Below, piece after piece: positions 1-8,174 of a stretch of 64,000 nt of DNA. The notes below the pieces were generated by a model. That model was not told the origin of the DNA. It was given only the letters and a program-made list of their open reading frames with translations, and made no database searches. Source of the DNA: Planctomycetota bacterium (GTDB lineage: Bacteria > Planctomycetota > UBA1135 > UBA2386); assembly GCA_965228735.1 (NCBI GenBank), contig OZ245838.1, forward strand, positions 1,760,001-1,824,000, given 5' to 3'. A program made the translations under genes and the position numbers. The first letter of the stretch is position 1; the number at the start of each line of letters is the position of its first letter.

Positions 1-323
1 CGCGCACGGACAGCGAAGGCGCGCTGCACATCAACCCGGCCGACTTCAACTCGGCGGGCCTGCTGCACCAGTACGGCGGCATCTGGCGCAGCGACCTCGA
101 CACCAACCAGCTGAGCGCGCAGTTCACGCCGGGCGGCGACTACGACTGCACGGCCACCGTGCTGACGCTCGACCGCGACGGCGGCGCGACCCAGCTCGGC
201 GAGACCGAGTTCGACTTCCTCGTCGGCAAGATGTTCCGCGAGGGCCTGCACGTCGGCGCGGGCTACGCCGTCGACGACGACGCCCGTCAGGTCGGCTACG
301 CTCAAATCACGCTCTACTTCTGA
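1..323 (+). CDS. 3' part of an outer-membrane beta-barrel protein (porin/alginate-export-like), partial
   Basis: Frame starting at nt 3 is open to TGA 321-323; amphipathic strands ending ...QVGYAQITLYF (beta-signal with terminal Phe). Absent from the ORF track because its start is outside the window. Confidence 0.65.
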   Translation, partial: RTDSEGALHINPADFNSAGLLHQYGGIWRSDLDTNQLSAQFTPGGDYDCTATVLTLDRDGGATQLGETEFDFLVGKMFREGLHVGAGYAVDDDARQVGYAQITLYF

Positions 324-353
324 TCCACCCCTGCACCCCCCTTGGAGAACCCC

Positions 354-719
354 ATGAGCAACTCGTTCTGCGTCACGATCACCGAGTGCAAGAGCAACCC
401 CGACAAGGCGACCGTCGGCTTCGTCGTCGCCAACGCTGCGCTCGGCAGCGAGAAGGACACGATGGTCTTCCTCAGCGCGGACGGCGTGTGGGCCGCCGTG
501 ACGACCGAGATGGAGAAGGTCGAGGCCGGTGAGCCGTTCCTGCCGCTGCGCGAGCTCGTCCAGAAGTTCATCGGCGCCGGCGGCAAGGTCCTCGTCTGCA
601 CGCCGTGCATGAAGAAGCGGCAGATCACCGAGGACATGCTCGTCGACGGCGCGACGCCGGCCGGCGGCGCCGCGCTCGTCGAGTGGCTCTCGAACGGCTC
701 GCCGAGCGTCGGCTACTGA
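354..719 (+). CDS. DsrE/DsrF-like sulfur relay protein
   Basis: GGAG SD at 344-347 before ATG 354; motifs VFLSADGV, GGKVLVCTPCMKKR, GGAALVEW. Confidence 0.85.
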   Translation: MSNSFCVTITECKSNPDKATVGFVVANAALGSEKDTMVFLSADGVWAAVTTEMEKVEAGEPFLPLRELVQKFIGAGGKVLVCTPCMKKRQITEDMLVDGATPAGGAALVEWLSNGSPSVGY

Positions 720-729
720 GAGGCCGACC

Positions 730-1485
730 ATGCTGAGCCCCGACGAACTCCGGGCAATCGAGCCTGCCACCGTCTTCGACGGCGGCGCGCTCGATTGCGG
801 CTCCGGCCTCGTGCTGCTCATTCGCGAACGGATGACGGAGGTGCCGCCCGGCGCCGTCCTCGAGATGAAGAGCTTCGAGCCGACCGTCCGCGACGACCTG
901 CCGCCGTGGTGCCGCATGGTCGGGCACGAGTTCCTCGGGGAGCTGCCCGGCGACGCGGCGCGGCAGGCGCGCTACTTCGTCCGCCGCGGCAGCGGCGAGG
1001 CAGCGCAGGAGGAGACCGCGGCGCTGCAGACCGACAAGGACCGCGCCCGGACCTACGAGTGGCGGCTGCGCGCCCGTTCGTCGGCGCCGCTCGTGACCAC
1101 CGTCTACTGCCGCAACTTCCAGTGGCAGGTCGGCCAACCCGCGAGCTTCGAAGAACGCGACGAGCATCCGTCGGCGGTCGAATCCGCGCTCGGGGCGCTC
1201 GCCGCCGATCTCGTGACGGGCTTCGCGGTCACGTGCTCGCGCGAGGGCCTCGAGGTCGACGACATCGAGCTCACCGCGAAGGGGCGGCTGCACGACGTGA
1301 CCGCGCACCTCGGGATCGGCGACGGCGACCCGGCGTTCGCGGCGATCCAGATCAAGCTGTTCGCGTCGACGTTCGCGGACGAAACCCGCGTGCGAGCGGC
1401 CTGGGACGCGACCGTCCGCCGCTCGCCACTCGCGTGCACGCTGCGGCGCGCCACCGAACTCACCACCGGCATCGCCATCGTCTGA
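730..1485 (+). CDS. TusA/SirA-like sulfur carrier fused to an OsmC-like domain
   Basis: N-terminal FDGGALDCGSG...DLPPWCRMVGH (TusA-like); C-terminal PSAVESALGALAAD...VDDIEL...RRSPL (OsmC-like fold). Confidence 0.8.
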   Translation: MLSPDELRAIEPATVFDGGALDCGSGLVLLIRERMTEVPPGAVLEMKSFEPTVRDDLPPWCRMVGHEFLGELPGDAARQARYFVRRGSGEAAQEETAALQTDKDRARTYEWRLRARSSAPLVTTVYCRNFQWQVGQPASFEERDEHPSAVESALGALAADLVTGFAVTCSREGLEVDDIELTAKGRLHDVTAHLGIGDGDPAFAAIQIKLFASTFADETRVRAAWDATVRRSPLACTLRRATELTTGIAIV

Positions 1486-1497
1486 GGAGAAGAGAAC

Positions 1498-2649
1498 ATG
1501 TTCGACGTGACCCAGGTCGGCAGCTGGCCGCGCTCCCGTGACCTGCTGCGCGCGCTGCGCGACAAGCAGCAAGGTCGCATGACCGCCAGGGAGTTCGATG
1601 CCGTCGCCGACGGTGAGGTTCGGCGCTGTGTCGCCCATCAGGTCGACGCTGGCGTCGACGTCGTCGTCGACGGCGAGCAGCGGCGTGACAACTTCTACTC
1701 CTTCGTGACCGACAAGCTCGACGGCACGCGGCTCATGTCGCTCGCCGAGATGCTCGACACGGTCGAGGACAAGGCCGCGTTCGAAGAGATGCTGTCCACG
1801 CTCGACGTGCCGGCGTCCGCGATCCGCAACCCCACCTGCGTCGGCAAGCTGCGCCGCCGCGAACCGCTGGCCGTCGACGAGCTCAGGTTCGTGCAGCAGC
1901 TCACGGACAAGCCGGTGAAGATCTCGTTGCCCGGGCCCTACCTGCTGACGCGGGCGATGTGGGTCACGGCGCACTCGCGCGACGCCTACGACGACAAGAC
2001 CGCGATGGGCGACGACGTCGTCGACATCCTGCGCGCCGAGCTCACGGAGCTGCGCGACGCGGGTGCGGCGTTCGTTCAGTTCGACGAGCCGGTCCTCACC
2101 GAGATCGTCATGAGCGAGGAAGCCGACCGACGAACGTTCATGTGAGCCACCCTTGCTACCCGCCGTGATGCGGGTGCCGAACTCGAATACGCCGCGGAGC
2201 TGCTCAACCGGGTCGTCGACGGCATCGACGGGGTCCGGACCGGGCTCCACGTCTGCCGCGGCAACTGGAGCCGCCAGGAGGACGTTCTGCTCACCGGTGA
2301 CTACCGCGCCCTGCTGCCCGCGTTCACTGCGATGCACGTCGATCAGTTCGTGCTCGAGTACGCGACGCCGCGCGCCGGCGAGCTGGCCGTCGTGGGGCAG
2401 GCGCTGGCCGACCGCGAGCTCGGCCTCGGCTGCGTCAACCCGCGCACGGACGAAGCCGAGGACCCGGCGACGATCGTCGCGCGGGCCGAGGAGGCGCTCG
2501 CGTTCTTCCGACCCGAGCAGATCTTCCTCAATCCCGACTGCGGGTTCGGATGCTTCGCGAACCGATGCGTGAACGAGGAGGACCACGCGGCCGCCAAGCT
2601 GCGCTCGATGGTCGCGGCCGCGCGCGAGCTGCGGGACAGACACGGCTGA
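1498..2649 (+). CDS. Cobalamin-independent methionine synthase family (single-barrel MetE-like) protein, 383 aa, with in-frame UGA at codon 216; probable selenoprotein
   Basis: ORFs 1498-2145 and 2332-2649 share one frame. Reading through TGA 2143-2145 gives ...RRTFM-U-ATLATRRDAGAELEY...GLHVCRGNW... Motifs VGSWPR, DGEQRR, QFDEP, H251-x-C253, E287, PDC348GF. Confidence 0.9.
2146..2185 (+). promoter_or_regulatory. Putative bacterial SECIS element
   Basis: Stem ACCCGC(2158-2163)/GCGGGT(2170-2175), loop CGTGAT, extended by GC/GC pairs with a bulged T2157; the loop begins after an 18-nt spacer from the UGA. Confidence 0.75.
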
Positions 2650-3251
2650 TGAGCGAGACCGACGAACCACAGGATCCACGCACGGTGCGTGCGCTGGCCG
2701 ACGCCGAGAGGCTCACGGGAACGCCGTGCGGCGGCTGCAGCGCCACGCTCTGCGGTCACGACGCCGTGTTCTCGCTCGTGCTGGGCTACAAGAACGCGGC
2801 CCGGTGCCTCCGCTGCATCGCGGCTCACATGCGCGAGCCGCTCGCGGATCTGCGCGAGCGCACGCTCGACTACGTCCGCCACCACGAGTGCTTCCTCGCG
2901 GCCTGGCATCGCGCCGGCGAACGCGAAGGCTTCGGGCCGGTCGAGCGCCCGGCGTGTCTGTGGGGTATCGCAGCCGCAGACCGGTCCGCGCTCCCCGCGC
3001 CCGCCGACGACCCGCCGGCGGCCGCGCCGCTTCGCGACGACGTCGCGAGCTGGGACGCCGGCGACATGGGCTGTGGCGACCTCGTGCTCGAACTGCGACT
3101 GCGCCTGCGCGAGCTGCCCCCCGGCGGCCTGTTCGATCTGATCGCGACCGACCCCGGCGCACCCGTCGACATTCCGGCGTGGTGCAACCTGACCGGTCAC
3201 ACGCTCGTGGCGCAGCAGCACCCGAGCTATCGCATCCGGCGGAAGAGCTGA
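2649..3251 (+). CDS. Cys/His-rich N-terminal domain fused to a C-terminal TusA-like domain
   Basis: TGATG overlap with the upstream stop; CGGC-x4-CGH, CLRC, HHEC; C-terminal WDAGDMGCGDLVLELR...DPGAPVDIPAWCNLTGH. Confidence 0.8.
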   Translation: MSETDEPQDPRTVRALADAERLTGTPCGGCSATLCGHDAVFSLVLGYKNAARCLRCIAAHMREPLADLRERTLDYVRHHECFLAAWHRAGEREGFGPVERPACLWGIAAADRSALPAPADDPPAAAPLRDDVASWDAGDMGCGDLVLELRLRLRELPPGGLFDLIATDPGAPVDIPAWCNLTGHTLVAQQHPSYRIRRKS

Positions 3252-3254
3252 GGG

Positions 3255-4157
3255 CTACTTGTCCGGCTTCTTGCCCGCCGTGCTGCCCGCGCTCCCGGGC
3301 TTCCGGCCAGGCACGCTGCCCTGCCGGCGCAGGTACTGCTCGAGGGCCTGCAGGCGTTGGAACAACTGCGCGTTGTCCTGCTCGAGTTTCTGCAGCCGCT
3401 GCTGCACCTCGCCGGACGGCGGCGGCGGCTCGCGCGGCGGCAGGTCCGCCGCCTCCAGAAGCTGCAATGCGGCGGCAACCATGTTCTGAGGCCCGGACAA
3501 CAGCAATGAATTCTCGTTGCCGACGTTCCCGATGATCAGGTTGCCCGCGCCCTGGCCACCGGATTGCGCGAAGAACGGCCGCAACGCGTTGTTCGCGATC
3601 GCGGCGTTGATGTGTTTCGTGGCGCACGCGACCGTAACGTGCAACCGCAGGGTCGGCCGCGCCAGGACCTCCGCCGGTGACCGCTGCACCGCCCGGGTGA
3701 CGATCTCGCGACTCCGCGGCCCGTTCATCGACAGGACCTCGTAGACGCCCTTCGGCTCGTCGATCGGCACGAGCGCGAACCCGTACGACCACAGCACCCC
3801 GGTCAGCAGCTCCTCGCACCCATCGGCATCCGTGACGACCGGGATCTCCAGGTTCACGACCGGCCCCATCGGGCCCTGGGCCGCCGGCGCTGCCGGTCGA
3901 GCCCGCCCACGCCGCACGACCGCCCCGCCACCCTGCGCGAGCGCCATCTGACCGCCGTCGAACAGGATGTTACGCTGCAGGTACGCCGCACACCGGTCCA
4001 CGAGCTCGACGAGCTCGATCTCGCCCGCTTCGAACACGAACGGCGCGCGGTCCGCCGGCCCCTTCGCCGACTGGACGGCAGGATCCTGAGCGACGCCGGC
4101 GCACGGCGTCAGCAGCGCGCAGAGCACAATCCGGTGCACGATGGTGATCGGGTTCAT
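3255..4157 (-). CDS. Exported protein with secretin N-terminal-like (N0/N1) domains and no barrel
   Basis: Signal peptide; ELVELVDRCAAYLQRNILFD; KHINAAIANNALRPFF...NSLLLSGPQNMVAAALQLLEAAD resembles Secretin_N; C-terminal coiled coil. Confidence 0.6.
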   Translation of the reverse strand: MNPITIVHRIVLCALLTPCAGVAQDPAVQSAKGPADRAPFVFEAGEIELVELVDRCAAYLQRNILFDGGQMALAQGGGAVVRRGRARPAAPAAQGPMGPVVNLEIPVVTDADGCEELLTGVLWSYGFALVPIDEPKGVYEVLSMNGPRSREIVTRAVQRSPAEVLARPTLRLHVTVACATKHINAAIANNALRPFFAQSGGQGAGNLIIGNVGNENSLLLSGPQNMVAAALQLLEAADLPPREPPPPSGEVQQRLQKLEQDNAQLFQRLQALEQYLRRQGSVPGRKPGSAGSTAGKKPDK

Positions 4158-4524
4158 TGCTACCTCTGGTCAGGACGGTGAGACGCTACACCGGCCGGCT
4201 CCTTCCATCGATTCTCGTTCTGTGCCCCCGCAGCGCGGCGTCTGGACCGGAATCTGCCCGTCCCATGACCGTTCGGATCCCGGGGTGTCGCTCTCACTTC
4301 CGAAACCCTCGAAAAGCGAACCTGTCCGCTGGCGGCGCTGGCGTTGGCTTCGTGCCCGGGACGCCCTGGTGGGATAGCGGTCGCGAGCGCGAAGCGTCGC
4401 TGGCCAACGGCGCCAGCCGCGCCCGGAACGAGGTCGCGTCGACGCTCACGCCCATGAACAGACCGTCCGGCGATAGCATGATCCCGGTAGCAAGAACTCG
4501 TCAGCCACCGATACCCCTCGAACG

Positions 4525-5640
4525 ATGCGACGACTCCTCCTCGCCCTGGCTTGCTGCGCCGCACCACCAGCGCAAGTCTTCATCGTGGACTCCGCCAACG
4601 GACCGGGGGCGAACTTCACCTCGATCGCCGGGGCGATCGCAGGTGTGCCTGACGGCGCCATCCTGCAGGTCCGTGCCGGCACCTACTCCGAGTTCGTGGT
4701 CACGGACAAGAGTCTGACGATTCTGGGCGAGCCCGGCGTCGTCGTGCACTCACTGGGCATGCCACCGGTCACGATCGAGAATCTCGCTGCCGACAAAGCC
4801 GTGACGTTGCGTGGCGTGACATGGACCACGGCCCTCGGACAACCAACCACGTTGTGCCGGAACTGCATCGGCACGGTGCTCATCGAGGAGTGCAACGTCG
4901 ACTTCGCCACGACGCCGAGAGGCGGACACATCGACGTCCAGATGTGCGAGCGGGTATTCGTCCGCCACTCGCGCATCGAGACGGGGGGACCAACGCAGTC
5001 ATGCGTCACGTCTTGGCTGAGCAGCGTCGTGCTCGAGCGTTGCTGGCTGCGCGCAGCGAGCCGAGCAGTCGAGATCATTGACGGCCGGGTCCACCTCGCC
5101 GACTGCCACCTCGAGAGCACCGGCAACAGCTTCTGGGGCTCGACGTTGGTCGTCATGAACCAGGGGCATCTGGTCGTGAATGCGGACACGACATTCGTCG
5201 GCTCGCCCGCGACTCCGACACCTGCTGCGGGCGGGTCGGGCCAGGTCATCTACGATCCGTCGACGGTCTTTCAGGCAATCACCGTTCCCGCGTTCTCGGG
5301 CGGCGCCTCCGCCGCCGCCCGTTCCGTTCCGCGAGTGTATGCGTCGACCGAGCCGCTCGGTGGCACCGCGACCGCGCAGTTCGATCTGCCGCTTTGGTCG
5401 GCCGGCTTGCTCGCGGCAGGCTTCCCCGAGTCACCTCTCACCGTCCCGTGGGCGGACCGCCCGCTCTGGATCGGCGGCGACGCGGTGGTCCGCGCGGCGG
5501 GCAGCGTGTCGCCGTTGCGCCACACCTACCGGGTGCCGAACGCTCCCTCGATCCTGGGCACTCAGATCGCCTGGCAGGGCGCGGCGCTCGGCTTCGGCAA
5601 CGTCACGCTGAGCAACCCGTCCGTCTACGCTCACTTCTGA
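4525..5640 (+). CDS. Secreted protein, probable right-handed beta-helix (pectin lyase-like)
   Basis: Signal peptide; FTSIAGAI...DGAILQVRAGTYSEFVVTDKSLTILG N-cap typical of parallel beta-helices. Confidence 0.65.
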   Translation: MRRLLLALACCAAPPAQVFIVDSANGPGANFTSIAGAIAGVPDGAILQVRAGTYSEFVVTDKSLTILGEPGVVVHSLGMPPVTIENLAADKAVTLRGVTWTTALGQPTTLCRNCIGTVLIEECNVDFATTPRGGHIDVQMCERVFVRHSRIETGGPTQSCVTSWLSSVVLERCWLRAASRAVEIIDGRVHLADCHLESTGNSFWGSTLVVMNQGHLVVNADTTFVGSPATPTPAAGGSGQVIYDPSTVFQAITVPAFSGGASAAARSVPRVYASTEPLGGTATAQFDLPLWSAGLLAAGFPESPLTVPWADRPLWIGGDAVVRAAGSVSPLRHTYRVPNAPSILGTQIAWQGAALGFGNVTLSNPSVYAHF

Positions 5641-5732
5641 GACCGGGGAGGCGGCCCCGAGCCGATCCCATGGGGCCGCGGGTCGACCGCCACTTGGTGG
5701 CCGCCTACGATGCACCCATGAGGAGAGCTTCG

Positions 5733-6737
5733 ATGATTCGTTACGCGACCGCCTGGGGCATCGCGTGGACCATGACGACGTCGCTTCTCGCTCAAACCGT
5801 GTCGGCCACGGCGACCGCCGGCAACCTGCCCGTGTCCGCGACGTACGCACCCGCTCGTTCGATACCGGCCGGCACCGACTTGACCGCCGGCGGCAGCGTC
5901 TCGACGACCGGCGCCGGCCCGCTGGGAACGACGATGGCAACGACGACGTTGCATCCGCTCGTCACCGACGAGTACGAGGTCGCCGCCACGCTCATTGCCG
6001 ATGTCGCGGCCAACGCCAACGCTCCCTTGTCGCAACTCCAGGCGACGTGCGGAACGCTGTGGGCGACGCCCGTCGGGCGCAACGACGTCCTCCTGCGGCT
6101 GTCCGCGACAACGACCGTGTTCGGCCGATTCGAGGTCACGTTCATCGGCAGCGCGAATTGGCAGGCTTCCACCCTCCACTTCGTCGACGTCATGGACGAC
6201 GGCACCTACGAGGCCAGCGCGCATCTGCCGACGCAGCCGCTGACGCCGGTGAGCTTCGGCCCCGGCACGCTGCCCGTGCGCCTGAGCAGCTACGCCGGCG
6301 GCCAGCTCAGCGCCGAGCACTGGAGCTTCGCGGAGACGGGAACGCTCGAGGTCAAGTTCGTCCCCGACTCGCGATGCGTGGCCACCATCACGTCGCCACC
6401 ATGCGGGGCGATCCGGCTCCGATGCCGCCAGAACTTCACGCTCGGAACGGACCAGCACGTCACCGGACTGCGCCCCCCCGGCCAGAGTCTGGCGGTGCTG
6501 GTGTACGGGTTCGCACCGGCGAGCTCGGCGCTGCCATTGCCGCCGGGTTGCCTCCTCACGAACGATGCCACCGCTCCGCGCCTGCTGCAGCAAGACCCCG
6601 GCGGCGAAGCCATGCACTCGATCCGCTCCGTCCCGCCAGCCCTACGCCCGATGCAGATCTTCGCGCAAGCGATCGAGCTCGACGCGTCGCAGGGCACTGC
6701 GACGACCAGCGAAAGCGTTCGAATCGACTGCCACTGA
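5733..6737 (+). CDS. Secreted hypothetical protein
   Basis: AGGAG at 5721-5725 before ATG 5733 (alternative ATG 5718); signal peptide ending LLA-Q; Cys-containing C-terminal domain. Confidence 0.65.
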   Translation: MIRYATAWGIAWTMTTSLLAQTVSATATAGNLPVSATYAPARSIPAGTDLTAGGSVSTTGAGPLGTTMATTTLHPLVTDEYEVAATLIADVAANANAPLSQLQATCGTLWATPVGRNDVLLRLSATTTVFGRFEVTFIGSANWQASTLHFVDVMDDGTYEASAHLPTQPLTPVSFGPGTLPVRLSSYAGGQLSAEHWSFAETGTLEVKFVPDSRCVATITSPPCGAIRLRCRQNFTLGTDQHVTGLRPPGQSLAVLVYGFAPASSALPLPPGCLLTNDATAPRLLQQDPGGEAMHSIRSVPPALRPMQIFAQAIELDASQGTATTSESVRIDCH

Positions 6738-6856
6738 CGCCGTCGACTCTCGGGGCCGACCGTTCCCCGCAGTTTGTTGTCCGCTCCACGCGCGACCCGA
6801 CGCCTCCACGGGTGTGCCAGCCGGCACTGTCACCCAACTACTCGAGAGGCCCGTCC

Positions 6857-7426
6857 ATGAAGTCGCTTCGTTCCCGTCTGCTGTCCCGCTCTGCCCTTTG
6901 CGCCATGATCGCCGCGCCGGCGCTCGTCACCGGCCTGACCACGCTCCATGACGCTTCGACGAGCGTCAACGAGACCGCGATCGAGGCGGGCCTCGAAACG
7001 CCCCCGGCGATGTTCGACCTCGCCACGGCGCAGGAGACCACGACCGTCCTGACCAACGCGCTCGTAGCGGCGGTCGCCAGCATCTCGGACACGACGCCGC
7101 CCGGCGCGACGCTCATGGAGATCGAGGCCGGCTCGAAGGCCGTCTCGGCGCTCGTCCCGGGGCACGGCTGGAACTACCGGCTGATCGACGCGACCGGGTC
7201 GCCGCTCGACCACAAGAACCAGCCGTTCGGCAACTTCGAGGTCCAGAGCCTCGCGCAGCTCGTGCTCGGCAGCCCGACGATCCAGGAGGTGCGCTTCGGC
7301 AAGCTGCGCACGCTCGTGCCGCTGACGAACGACATGCACCCCAACTGCAAGACGTGCCACGTCAACTACGACGCGCTGCCGGCCGGCACGGTCGTCGGCG
7401 CGGCGTCGATCCGCGTCAAGCTGTAG
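6857..7426 (+). CDS. c-type heme protein, DUF3365/Tll0287-like
   Basis: C-terminal CKTCH followed by GTVVGAASIRV; N-terminal hydrophobic segment. Confidence 0.7.
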   Translation: MKSLRSRLLSRSALCAMIAAPALVTGLTTLHDASTSVNETAIEAGLETPPAMFDLATAQETTTVLTNALVAAVASISDTTPPGATLMEIEAGSKAVSALVPGHGWNYRLIDATGSPLDHKNQPFGNFEVQSLAQLVLGSPTIQEVRFGKLRTLVPLTNDMHPNCKTCHVNYDALPAGTVVGAASIRVKL

Positions 7427-7458
7427 CTCGACGCGAACCGCCGCGGGCGCTGCGGCGC

Positions 7459-8034
7459 TCAGTTCTTCTTGCGCCCGCTCGCCTCCGCCGCCTTGCCCTG
7501 CTTGGCGGCGCGGCGCGTGTACTTGATCGTCAGCGTCTTCATCATCTCGCCGTTGGCCTTCATGTACATCTCGAAGAGGTGCTCATCCTTGCTCTTGGTC
7601 GTGGTGACGTAGCGGTAGTCGGTCATGTTGCCGTCCATCCCGATGGCCTTGCCGGTCATCGTGAGGACCTTGCCCGAGTCGTCGAAGGTGCCCTTCATCA
7701 CGGAGAGGAACGGGCTCATCGAGTCCGTCCACGTCGCGATGTGCTTCTTCTCGAGCGGGTCGTAGCCGTTCATGCCGTGACCGACGAACTTCTGCCCCAT
7801 GACCTCGCTCTGGAAGTCGTCGATGAGCCAGAAGCCGCCGGGCAGCATCTTCTTCTTGGAGACGCCCTTGGACTTCTCCCAACCGGTCGGGCCCATCACC
7901 GACATCTCGGCGTCCCAGGTGCCGACCATCGCCGCGAGCGCCTTGTGCTCGGGACCGGGCGTCGGCATTTCTTCCTGCGCGGCGAGGGGAAGGGTGAGGC
8001 AGAGAGCAAGAGCGGAGAGCGAGAGGTTCTTCAT
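7459..8034 (-). CDS. DUF1579 family exported protein
   Basis: PGPEHKAL...VGTWD...GGFWL...FVGHGMNGYD...TWTDSM pattern; signal peptide. Confidence 0.8.
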   Translation of the reverse strand: MKNLSLSALALCLTLPLAAQEEMPTPGPEHKALAAMVGTWDAEMSVMGPTGWEKSKGVSKKKMLPGGFWLIDDFQSEVMGQKFVGHGMNGYDPLEKKHIATWTDSMSPFLSVMKGTFDDSGKVLTMTGKAIGMDGNMTDYRYVTTTKSKDEHLFEMYMKANGEMMKTLTIKYTRRAAKQGKAAEASGRKKN

Positions 8035-8174
8035 GAGTGGATCGCGAGCTTCGGTTCGGGAGTAGCCGGGCCATCGCGCCGGCTGGGCGCAGTGTAGCGG
8101 CACGCGCCCGCCATACGTCGCAGGAAGCCCGGGGGGCTGGCGAACTGCCCGAATCGGTGATCCGATTCACCGTC

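Noticed and set aside
1498..2649. Two separate genes (215 aa and 105 aa) or a frameshifted metE pseudogene
   Set aside because: Both parts share a frame and the intervening sequence encodes the essential HxC motif. A simple nonsense mutation or sequencing error remains possible but is less favoured given the hairpin and the intact operon.
717..3251. Sec read-through at other TGA stops in the operon (719, 1485, 2649, 3251)
   Set aside because: Each ends an apparently complete domain and is immediately followed by the next gene or a convergent gene.
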